From NCBI GenBank assembly GCA_017628395.1, contig JAGBZD010000042.1, forward strand, positions 6,386 to 70,385: 64,000 bases of DNA, written 5' to 3'. Numbering within the stretch: position 1 is the stretch's first letter; every line of letters starts with the position of its first letter. A model generated the notes under the pieces. The model was not told the DNA's origin. It saw only the letters and a list, made by a program, of their open reading frames with translations, and did no database searches. This stretch comes from Paludibacteraceae bacterium (GTDB lineage Bacteria; Bacteroidota; Bacteroidia; Bacteroidales; Paludibacteraceae). The position numbers and the translations under genes are program-made. Of this stretch, positions 44,854-53,255 are shown piece after piece.

Positions 44854-45859
44854 TGCCCTTTCGATCAAGCAAAAAGAGCGTTGGCAGCGATTGTACATTA
44901 TAGCGCAACAATACATCCATGGCTTGTTCGCCCGCATAGACATTGGTCCATGGCAGATTCACCACGCCATCTTCCCAAAGCAACTTGTTGCGATCCAGCG
45001 ATACGGAATAGATAGCCAAGCCCTGTTTATTGTACTGATTGTATAGGTCGCGCAGTTCGAAGATATACCCCTTGCTTTGCTCCATATCAATCGCCGAGAA
45101 GTCCAGCACAATCACCCTGCCGCGTAAGTCAGAAAGCGATTGCTCTATACCATTATCATCGGGCAACACAATATCCAAGAAGGCGTTCTCTGCATTATCA
45201 ATAATCTGCTGCACAGCCACTTGTTTTCTCAACTCACGCTCCGCTTCCAACACCCCATTCACTTGTGCATAGAGTGCTTTGGTGCGCTCGTAGTCGGGCA
45301 ACCATGTGCGAAACGAAGTAGCCACCGCCTGATACATACGCCTGTCGGCTGCATTTGCAATATTCCATAGGTACTCCCCCTTGTGCTTAAAGAACACCGC
45401 ATAGTACGCTGCCAACGAAAGAGGATTGGCTGCTATCAAACGCTTTGCCTCTTCGCGCAACACTTCGTAGGAAGCCGTGCGAGCAGTGGCACGCAAGTGC
45501 GCGATGGCCAACGACTGCTCGCTACCCTCAATCGCCAAGGTGTATGGCAAACTGTCGCGCGTGGTGGTCACAACAATGGTTTCGGTGGAGTCAACAGCCA
45601 ATGGCAACGACACACTACCCACACGCAAACGATAGAAGTCAGGATACGCAGGTGCTGGCGCCTGCAACGAGAACGCTCCGTCCTCACCCAATACACACGA
45701 ATCCACTACCGATGTCGCAACCAGAGCAGTATGCTCCAAATAGAGCATTTGGTCTCCTGCTCCCGCTATACAACCTGTCACAGAGAACATAGGCTGGCGT
45801 TGGCAACCCGCCAAAAGAATCAGTGCTGAAAACAGCAATATCGTCACCCGCTTCATCAT
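44792..45859 (-). CDS. TlpA/thioredoxin-fold lipoprotein lacking the CXXC motif
   Basis: Lipobox LLAGCQ. The Trx-fold region reads VIVLDFSAIDMEQSKG where WCGPC is expected. Confidence 0.65.
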   Translation of the reverse strand: MMKRVTILLFSALILLAGCQRQPMFSVTGCIAGAGDQMLYLEHTALVATSVVDSCVLGEDGAFSLQAPAPAYPDFYRLRVGSVSLPLAVDSTETIVVTTTRDSLPYTLAIEGSEQSLAIAHLRATARTASYEVLREEAKRLIAANPLSLAAYYAVFFKHKGEYLWNIANAADRRMYQAVATSFRTWLPDYERTKALYAQVNGVLEAERELRKQVAVQQIIDNAENAFLDIVLPDDNGIEQSLSDLRGRVIVLDFSAIDMEQSKGYIFELRDLYNQYNKQGLAIYSVSLDRNKLLWEDGVVNLPWTNVYAGEQAMDVLLRYNVQSLPTLFLLDRKGNVQGRYTDFDALEADIRKYL

Positions 45860-46452
45860 CCCGCAAAGACCATTGCCAAGTTAGCAAACATCAACTTACA
45901 TGCAATAGCCAACACAATGATACCAAAGAACTTGCGCAAAATGTAGAGCGATGTTTGTCCAAGGTATTTGGTGAGCCATTGGGTACCAGAGAGAACGCCA
46001 AAAAGCACTACTGTATTGAGCGCAATAGATACCACGAGGTTGATAATATCGTATTCCGCAGTAATGGACAACACCGCGGTGAAAGCACCCGGTCCTGCAT
46101 ACATAGGAAACGCCAAAGGCACAATACTACCCGTACCTTCCAGTCCCTCGTTCTTGAAAATAGTGATGTCCAACACCATCTCCAACGCCATTAAGAAAAT
46201 AACAAAGCCACCAGCAATAGCAAAATACTCAATCTTCACACCAAAGAGTTTCAACACCCATTCTCCCGCAAAAAGGAAGGTAATGAGAATGATAATGGTA
46301 GCCAATGATACTTGCCATGGAGAAATCTTAACACCCTTTCGCTCCATATTGAGGGTAACAGGAATATTACCCAATGGATCAACAATTGCAAAAAGGAAAA
46401 TAAACGATGACAATACCTGCCAAATGTCAAATGTTCCAAAAAATGTACTCAT
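45856..46452 (-). CDS. MarC-family (UPF0056) membrane protein
   Basis: Six helices. N-terminal FAIVDPLGNIPV motif. Confidence 0.8.
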   Translation of the reverse strand: MSTFFGTFDIWQVLSSFIFLFAIVDPLGNIPVTLNMERKGVKISPWQVSLATIIILITFLFAGEWVLKLFGVKIEYFAIAGGFVIFLMALEMVLDITIFKNEGLEGTGSIVPLAFPMYAGPGAFTAVLSITAEYDIINLVVSIALNTVVLFGVLSGTQWLTKYLGQTSLYILRKFFGIIVLAIACKLMFANLAMVFAG

Positions 46453-46576
46453 ATTACGATTGATTTATTTGTCGATTATGCCTGCAAAGGTACTACTTTT
46501 TTTGCATTTATGCAACCTTTTTGAGAGAAAGTTGCTTTTTGCTCTTGTTTTGTTTGCGTATATGCGATTTTTGTTG

Positions 46577-46584
46577 TACTTTTG
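46577..46584 (+). promoter_or_regulatory. -7 box TACTTTTG for the HD-domain gene
   Basis: Exact TAnnTTTG match. It covers the ORF-track start at 46582, so I use the ATG at 46621. Confidence 0.5.
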
Positions 46585-46620
46585 CATGAATTTTATATCC
46601 ATTTAACAAGTTTGCAGTTT

Positions 46621-47865
46621 ATGACTCCCACGCGCAAAATCATCAATGACCCCGTATTTGGTTTTCTCAACATTCCCGATGGAGTATTGTATCATGTATT
46701 GCAGCACCCCTATTTACAACGCCTGACCCGTATCCGTCAGCTCGGATTGAGTTTCTTTGTCTATCCCGGCGCCATGCACACGCGCCTGCTGCACTCGTTG
46801 GGAGCGATGCACCTCATGCACGAAGCCATCACGGTTCTCCAACAAAAAGACATTGATATCACCGATGCAGAGACCACCGCAGCCATGTTGGCTATCCTCT
46901 TGCACGATGTGGGACACGGACCATTCTCGCATGTCATGGAGCACACCTTAGTCAGCGGTATTACGCACGAAGACATCAGTCTTATGATGATGATGCAAAT
47001 CAAAGATGAAATGCTGCAAAACCAACAACACGAATATGCACAGCTGCTGAACTTGGCAATCACCATTTTCAAAGATGAATACCACAAGCATTTTCTCCAT
47101 CAACTCATCTCATCGCAGTTGGATGTGGATCGCCTTGACTACTTGTGCCGCGACTCGTTCTTCTGTGGCGTCACCGAAGGCAGCGTAGCCAGCGCACGCA
47201 TACTCAAAATGATAAATGTGGTAAACAACCACCTCGTGGTGGAAGCCAAAGGCATCTACTCGGTGGAGAAATTCTTGGTAGCCCGCCGACTTATGTATTG
47301 GCAAGTGTACCTCCATCACACCAGCGTAGCTGCCGAGCAACTACTCATTAAGATTCTCGACCGCGCCAAGACATTGGCCACCAACGGAGTGCAACTCTTT
47401 GGCTCACCCGCCTTGCGTTTCTTCCTCTACAACCAAATATCCCAAACTGAGTTCACTGCCAACCCAGAAGCACTCACGCAATACGCCTTGCTCGACGACT
47501 CGGACCTGCTCTCCGCCATCAAGGTGTGGATGCAAAGCGAAGACCGTGTGTTGGCACTGCTATGCCAGCACTTCACCAATCGACAACTCTTCAAGGGGCA
47601 TCGCATAGACCACCCCCTGACCGAGCAGGAACACCAGGCGCTCTGCGCACATTATGCCGCACAATTTGGTATTACCCACGAAGAAGCACAATATTGCTTT
47701 GTGGAGCATATATCCACCTCCAATACCTATAGCGAAAAAGGCGAGTCCATTGGCATTTATTTCAAAGACGGTTCCGTGCGCGACATCGCAGAAGCATCGG
47801 ATATGCTGAATCTGGAAACCCTCACCTTCAAACCACAAAAAAGGTATTTATTTCGGATAGATTAA
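46621..47865 (+). CDS. HD-domain phosphohydrolase
   Basis: RLLHSLGAMH, LLHDVGHGPFSH and DVDRLDYLCRD motifs. Confidence 0.8.
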   Translation: MTPTRKIINDPVFGFLNIPDGVLYHVLQHPYLQRLTRIRQLGLSFFVYPGAMHTRLLHSLGAMHLMHEAITVLQQKDIDITDAETTAAMLAILLHDVGHGPFSHVMEHTLVSGITHEDISLMMMMQIKDEMLQNQQHEYAQLLNLAITIFKDEYHKHFLHQLISSQLDVDRLDYLCRDSFFCGVTEGSVASARILKMINVVNNHLVVEAKGIYSVEKFLVARRLMYWQVYLHHTSVAAEQLLIKILDRAKTLATNGVQLFGSPALRFFLYNQISQTEFTANPEALTQYALLDDSDLLSAIKVWMQSEDRVLALLCQHFTNRQLFKGHRIDHPLTEQEHQALCAHYAAQFGITHEEAQYCFVEHISTSNTYSEKGESIGIYFKDGSVRDIAEASDMLNLETLTFKPQKRYLFRID

Positions 47866-48009
47866 TCCAACAAACAAAAAAATAATATAGCGTGTCATAC
47901 TTTGGCACGCTATTTGCACATCCCCCCTTGCAAAGGCAAAATGGCAAGCTGCCTACCAAGAGGATGTTGCCATCTAACCTAAACCTAACTATAAAAATTT
48001 ATTGTTATT

Positions 48010-48450
48010 ATGTTACCTACCTTAAAAAAACAAAACAATTGGTTACCAACCATTTTCAACGATTTCTTCAACGACGATTGGTTTCCTATGCGTACCGTAG
48101 CCGCTGCTACTGCTCCTGCTATCAATGTGAAAGAGAACGACAAGGCGTTCACTGTAGAGATTGCTGCTCCGGGCATGACCAAGGACGACTTCAAAGTGCA
48201 TGTCAATGAGTTGGACCAATTAGTGGTTTCTCTCGAGAAGAAACACGAGAACAAAGAAGAGGACAAGTCCTCTAAGTACCTCCGCCGCGAGTTCAACTAC
48301 ACCCGCTTCGAGCAAGCACTGCTCCTGCCTGATAATGTGGACAAAGAAGGCATCACAGCCAAGGCTTGCAGTGGTGTGCTATGCATTCATCTGCCTAAAC
48401 TCGCCTCTGTTCCAGAAAAACAACCTACTCGAATGATTGACATCCAATAA
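48010..48450 (+). CDS. Hsp20/alpha-crystallin small heat-shock protein
   Basis: PAINVKENDKAFTVEIAAPGMTKDDFKV and GVLCIHLPK motifs. Confidence 0.9.
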   Translation: MLPTLKKQNNWLPTIFNDFFNDDWFPMRTVAAATAPAINVKENDKAFTVEIAAPGMTKDDFKVHVNELDQLVVSLEKKHENKEEDKSSKYLRREFNYTRFEQALLLPDNVDKEGITAKACSGVLCIHLPKLASVPEKQPTRMIDIQ

Positions 48451-48531
48451 TCACCCATCTGCGTGCATACCAAAGCACAAAGGTGTCTATTATATATCGA
48501 TTGTTTTTTATTGTTTTTAGATTGTTTTTGG

Positions 48532-48560
48532 GGGTTGTACCTGCGGGTACAGCCCTTTTT
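48532..48560 (+). terminator. rho-independent terminator after hsp20
   Basis: GGGTTGTACC-TGCG-GGTACAGCCC followed by TTTTT. Confidence 0.7.
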
Positions 48561-48593
48561 GCTGGTTGTATGATGCAAAAAATCATAAATATA

Positions 48594-48625
48594 TTTGCAC
48601 ACTTGAAATAATTATAGTACCTTTG
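48594..48625 (+). promoter_or_regulatory. promoter (-33 TTTG, -7 TACCTTTG, 20-nt spacer)
   Basis: TTTG at 48594-48597 and TACCTTTG at 48618-48625. Confidence 0.65.
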
Positions 48626-48652
48626 CGCATTGATTTCAAAATCCACACGACA

Positions 48653-50581
48653 ATGACAAAGCGTTTATTATCATTCTTTCTCATGTGCTGCTCCGTCTCC
48701 TTTCTTTGGGCAGAGCAACCCAAATATGAGTTTCGTGCCACATGGCTAACGGGCAACGGTATCGACTGGCCCAAATCCCACAATGTGCAACAGCAAAAAG
48801 AGAGTCTTTGCAACATTTTGGATGTGATGGTCAAGGGCAATATGAATGCTGCTTGTTTGCAAGTACGCTCGTTCTGCGACGCGCTCTATCGGTCGTCCTA
48901 CGAGCCTTGGTCATATGCCCTGACTGGCACGCGCGGTGGCGACCCGGGATACGACCCGCTCGCTTTTGCCATAGAGGAAGCCCACAAACGCGGTATCGAA
49001 TTGCATGTATGGGTAAACCCATTCCGCGCCACCTCTTCTGGCACACTGGACACCACCGACCTCGTTTGGAAAAACGCAGGACAATGGATTATCAAGTACA
49101 ACAACAGCTCCTTCAATGGGCAAATCATCGACCCTGGCTATCCTGAAGCACGCGAATATGTGCACAAAGTGATGATGGAGATTGTCAATAACTACGATAT
49201 TGATGGCATCATCATGGACGACTATTTCTATGCGTATGGTGGCACATACAACGAAGATGCAGCGTCCAAAAAACTACATAAGCCCTCCAATATGAAGGAC
49301 ATGGACCAAGACGGAAGCACCGACGACGACTGGCGAAGAGCCAATGTGGACTCGGTGATTCACCACCTATACCGAGATATCCAGCGCGTGAAACCTTGGG
49401 TTCGTTTTGGCATGGGCGTCCCTGGCAACTGGAGCCAGAAATCCAAAGCAGCGGCTGCCTATGGCATCTCGTTGCCCACTGGCATTAGTGCCATGGAGTC
49501 ATACGACTACCTCTATTGCAACGCCGTAGAATGGGCTAAACAGGGCTGGGTGGATTACCTTGCCCCACAAATGTATTGGTCCACCAAAGCCACCCGACAA
49601 AGCTACAAGACCCTCTGCAAATGGTGGTCGCAACAGGTGTGCGAACACTTCTCCAACCAGCTCGCCAACGGACAACGCGTACACCTATTCGCATCGCAAG
49701 CCGCATACGGTGTTACCGACCCCAACGCTGGCTTGTCGGGCTACGACGATGGCGTGCTGGAGATACAACGCCAATTAGACTGCAATCGTTCCAACCTATC
49801 TTCGGGTTATACGGGTTCGGTGTTCTTTCACACCTCGGCATACATGCAACTCTTCCGCGACCTCAAAGCGTCGCACTTCCAAAAGAAGACCCTTCCCCCA
49901 CCGATGGACTGGAAGGCTTCCGAGCCTCTGTCTGCCCCTACCGACCTCGTACTCACGGAATCCATCCTGTCGTGGTCACACCCTACTGCAGAGCGTTTCA
50001 CTGTGTATGCCTACCCTCGTGGCATGCGTCTTGAAGAGGCGATGCAGAACCCCGAATACCTGCTGCAAATAGCATACAACAAGCAAGTGGATATCTTCGG
50101 CATTGGCGACATCAGCCAGCTCACCTTTGCTGTATGCAGCTACGACCGATATGGTATCGAACACGAGGCTGCCACTTTCGAGGGCGAAGGGGTGTTTGAT
50201 CATCCACAAGTAATCTTCTGGGAACTCAATGGCGGCACCGTGGATGTAGAACTGCCGAAATATGTTACTGAAACATATATTCTCCCTATACCTACCAAAA
50301 GAGGACATATCTTCAAAGGTTGGTATAAAATCAAAACATGGCGCGGACAAGTATTGACTGAAATTCCCGAAGGCTGGAGTGGCACTTTGTATGCAAGATG
50401 GGAGGAGGATCCTAATTACGACCCAAGCAACGACCCTACCGATGTGCCATCGGTTGCTGCGCCACATAGCATGCAAGTGTACGACCTCATGGGACGCTTT
50501 GTTGGCAACCAACTGCCCGCCAATGGACATGGTGCTTTTGTGATCATACAAGGCGAAGAACGATACACGATTATTTTGTAA
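48653..50581 (+). CDS. secreted GHL10-type (family-10-like) glycosyl hydrolase with a Listeria-Bacteroides repeat and a short CTD-like tail
   Basis: Signal peptide. EFRATWLTGNGIDWPK, GIELHVWVNPF and GIIMDDYFY. FKGWYKIKT...GTLYARWEE repeat. Tail VYDLMGRFVGN...GAFVIIQGEERYTIIL. Confidence 0.65.
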   Translation: MTKRLLSFFLMCCSVSFLWAEQPKYEFRATWLTGNGIDWPKSHNVQQQKESLCNILDVMVKGNMNAACLQVRSFCDALYRSSYEPWSYALTGTRGGDPGYDPLAFAIEEAHKRGIELHVWVNPFRATSSGTLDTTDLVWKNAGQWIIKYNNSSFNGQIIDPGYPEAREYVHKVMMEIVNNYDIDGIIMDDYFYAYGGTYNEDAASKKLHKPSNMKDMDQDGSTDDDWRRANVDSVIHHLYRDIQRVKPWVRFGMGVPGNWSQKSKAAAAYGISLPTGISAMESYDYLYCNAVEWAKQGWVDYLAPQMYWSTKATRQSYKTLCKWWSQQVCEHFSNQLANGQRVHLFASQAAYGVTDPNAGLSGYDDGVLEIQRQLDCNRSNLSSGYTGSVFFHTSAYMQLFRDLKASHFQKKTLPPPMDWKASEPLSAPTDLVLTESILSWSHPTAERFTVYAYPRGMRLEEAMQNPEYLLQIAYNKQVDIFGIGDISQLTFAVCSYDRYGIEHEAATFEGEGVFDHPQVIFWELNGGTVDVELPKYVTETYILPIPTKRGHIFKGWYKIKTWRGQVLTEIPEGWSGTLYARWEEDPNYDPSNDPTDVPSVAAPHSMQVYDLMGRFVGNQLPANGHGAFVIIQGEERYTIIL

Positions 50582-51506
50582 TTCTCAGTACAATAGGCAG
50601 GTGGTCGGAATAGCCATCGTGATACCTATATCCTTTATAGGTGCGCTTGGGTTGTTTATCCAAGTATTTGCTATCTTCCTCCAGCAACCATTCGGGCGCA
50701 AAGATATGCACATGGGCTTGCTCCGCTAATGGAGCGGAAACATAGAACTGGTCCAGACACGACCAAATACCTTGATACTTGTGTGTTCCTTTTCCCGATT
50801 GCTGCAACGGAAGCATCAGGTTGCGCATGCCCGTTATATCATCCGCAGGGTCGGTGTTCATATCTCCCATGACCACAATAGTAGCAGCGGGCTGAATAGC
50901 ACGAATACTATCCACTTGATATTGCAGCAATCGTTTGGCAATCAGTCGCTTTTCTTTGGTGTTGGCACTGCCGCCTAATTGCGATGGCAAGTGGCAAAGC
51001 AGGATATGTATGGTGTCGCGTTGCTGAATTAGGCAACAGGCATACAAGATGTCGCGCGTTTTATCTCCTTGCAAGTCCACATGCACGGGTCGGCTACTGA
51101 GTATTTGCACTCTCGTGCTATCGTAGAGCAACGCCACATCTACGCCCCGTTCATCGGGACTATCGTAATGCACAAAACGATAATGAAAACGCCTCAAGCG
51201 GTAACACAAGTCGCGCAGACAGCGTTCGTTCTCTACCTCGCACAAACCCACTAAGGGAACACTCTCCCATCCCGAAATGTTTACCAACACTTGGGCTATG
51301 CGGTCCAGTTTGGTTTGATAGCGATAGTAAGTCCAATGGTGCATACCATCGGGCAGAAAAGAAGAATCGTTTTTCAGGGAATCGTGTTGGCAGTCAAAGA
51401 GGTTTTCTACATTGTAGGAGATGATTGTTAGAGAGTCTTGCCCAAAAAGAAATCCACACGCAATACTAAATAACACGATCAATATCAAGCGCGGAAACCT
51501 CATCAT
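50571..51506 (-). CDS. endonuclease/exonuclease/phosphatase (EEP) family protein
   Basis: SYNVENLFD, GDMNTDP and SDHLPI motifs. Signal peptide present. Confidence 0.8.
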   Translation of the reverse strand: MMRFPRLILIVLFSIACGFLFGQDSLTIISYNVENLFDCQHDSLKNDSSFLPDGMHHWTYYRYQTKLDRIAQVLVNISGWESVPLVGLCEVENERCLRDLCYRLRRFHYRFVHYDSPDERGVDVALLYDSTRVQILSSRPVHVDLQGDKTRDILYACCLIQQRDTIHILLCHLPSQLGGSANTKEKRLIAKRLLQYQVDSIRAIQPAATIVVMGDMNTDPADDITGMRNLMLPLQQSGKGTHKYQGIWSCLDQFYVSAPLAEQAHVHIFAPEWLLEEDSKYLDKQPKRTYKGYRYHDGYSDHLPIVLRITK

Positions 51507-51526
51507 TCAATTTATTCACTTTCCCC

Positions 51527-52744
51527 TCACGCCAACATCATTATTGCTTTTTTGAGTGCAGCAATGAAGGTGTCTATATCTTCTTGGGTATTATAGAGTG
51601 CCACTGAAGCCCGCACTGTTCCGGGTACTTGCAAGTGGTCTATCAGCGGCTCGGCACAATGGTGACCCGTGCGCACTGCCACACCCTGTCGGTCCAACAA
51701 TACGCCCACATCAAACGGGTGAATCAGCCCGCCATCTTCGCGATACACATTAAACGACACGGCGCCTGCTTTGCGCAACCCCGCAGCATACACATGCACA
51801 TGAGGCAATGCGGCAAGTTGGGCTTCAAGGTATAGCGTGAGTTGATGCTCATGCGCAGCTATCGTGTCCAAGCCTACCGACTCCATGTAGTCTATCGCTT
51901 TGCCAAAAGCATAACTACCCACAAAATTAGGCGTACCTGCCTCAAACTTATAGGGTAGCACATTGTAGGTCGTTTGCTCAAAGCGCACATGCTCTATCAT
52001 CTCTCCCCCACCCTCTGCTGGTGGCAATTGGTTAAGCCATTCTTTTTTGCCATACAATACGCCCAAGCCCGTAGGACCATACATCTTGTGCGCACTGAAA
52101 ACCAAGAAATCGCAATCCAATTGCTGCACATCTACTGCCAAATGCGGTACGCTCTGTGCGCCGTCCACACATACAGGCACACCTTTCTCATGCGCAATGG
52201 CGATTATCTCCTCTATGGGGTTTACGATACCCAATAGATTGCTCACATGCGCCACCGACACTAATCTTGTCCGTTCGCTCAAAAGCGCCTTAAACGCCTC
52301 TATATCGAGCGATAGGTCATCGCGCAGGGGAATTACTTTCAGCACGGCTTTCTTGCGCTCACAGAGCATTTGCCAAGGTACAATGTTTGAGTGGTGTTCC
52401 AGTTGGCTGATTACGATTTCATCGCCTTCGTGCAGCATGGCTTCGCCGAAACTGAAAGCGAGCATATTGATGCTATCGGTAGTGCCTTTGGTGAAGATGA
52501 TTTCCTCTTCGGATTGTGCATGAATGAACGCGGCTACTGTTTTGCGTGCTTCCTCGTGCTTTTGCGTTGCCACTTGGCTAAGGTGATGTACACCGCGGTG
52601 CACATTGGCATTCCATTTGCTGTATGCCTCCACGATGGCATTGAGTACAGCGTGTGGTTTTTGCGTAGTGGCAGCGTTGTCGAGATAGACAAGCGGACGC
52701 CCGTTCACTTGTTCGGTCAGTATAGGAAAATCAGATTGTCGCAT
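51527..52744 (-). CDS. sufS: cysteine desulfurase, SufS type
   Basis: YLDNAATTQKP, FSAHKMYGPTGLGVLYG (PLP Lys) and RTGHHCAEP (active Cys). Start at 52744. Confidence 0.9.
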   Translation of the reverse strand: MRQSDFPILTEQVNGRPLVYLDNAATTQKPHAVLNAIVEAYSKWNANVHRGVHHLSQVATQKHEEARKTVAAFIHAQSEEEIIFTKGTTDSINMLAFSFGEAMLHEGDEIVISQLEHHSNIVPWQMLCERKKAVLKVIPLRDDLSLDIEAFKALLSERTRLVSVAHVSNLLGIVNPIEEIIAIAHEKGVPVCVDGAQSVPHLAVDVQQLDCDFLVFSAHKMYGPTGLGVLYGKKEWLNQLPPAEGGGEMIEHVRFEQTTYNVLPYKFEAGTPNFVGSYAFGKAIDYMESVGLDTIAAHEHQLTLYLEAQLAALPHVHVYAAGLRKAGAVSFNVYREDGGLIHPFDVGVLLDRQGVAVRTGHHCAEPLIDHLQVPGTVRASVALYNTQEDIDTFIAALKKAIMMLA

Positions 52745-52766
52745 ATGTATTATTCTTATTTTGTTG

Positions 52767-52798
52767 CAAAGGTAATACCTTTTATTGACATTTGCAAA
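52767..52798 (-). promoter_or_regulatory. sufS promoter (-7 TACCTTTG, -33 TTTG, 20-nt spacer)
   Basis: The reverse complement of 52767-52774 is TACCTTTG. The reverse complement of 52795-52798 is TTTG. Confidence 0.65.
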
Positions 52799-52855
52799 TT
52801 TCTGGTAATAATTCCATTCCGATATAATCACTTTTACGCACTTCTCTCATATCAT

Positions 52856-52910
52856 ACGCACTATTCACGCACAATACACGCACAATAAACGCACAATAAA
52901 CGCACTATTC
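52856..52910. repeat. 11-bp phased tandem array, 5 x ACGCAC(A/T)(A/T)T(A/T)(A/C)
   Basis: ACGCAC starts at 52856, 52867, 52878, 52889 and 52900. An extra unit lies at 52836. Confidence 0.85.
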
Positions 52911-53064
52911 CTAACACTTCCTCGGAGGATCGCTGTAACTTGATTAAGCCGCCTATGCAACATCTCCCTATTTGTGTTAAACCACACCAACCACCCTTGC
53001 CATACGCAAAGGTGGTTGATGGTGGAATGTGTATGATAGTTAATAATGCACTTAGCGGCACGGA

Positions 53065-53211
53065 TTAACCACCACCAAAGCTTGATTTTTCTCCACCATA
53101 GAGCAAGTCTCCTAATGGATTTGTTCCTGGTGCTGGACTGCCTATCATAATTGAACTCTCACCGAGCAGTTGCAGTGCCTCTGTTCGAGGCGTGATATAG
53201 GATTTTTTCAT
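53065..53211 (-). CDS. candidate 48-aa ORF immediately downstream of the giant gene
   Basis: MKKSYITPRTEALQLLGESSIMIGSPAPGTNPLGDLLYGGEKSSFGGG. It lies 44 nt after the giant-gene stop on the same strand. Below the ORF-track size cut-off. Confidence 0.3.
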   Translation of the reverse strand: MKKSYITPRTEALQLLGESSIMIGSPAPGTNPLGDLLYGGEKSSFGGG

Positions 53212-53255
53212 AACTTCAAAAATAGTTTTAAACATTCTAAAAGTTTTCTTTTACC

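Noticed and set aside
45968-46606. 212-aa plus-strand ORF.
   Set aside because: Antisense to the MarC-family gene, and it runs through the intergenic promoter region.
52861-53061. 66-aa minus-strand ORF between sufS and the giant gene.
   Set aside because: It overlaps the 11-bp array and a strong hairpin, shows no start context and has an implausible composition.
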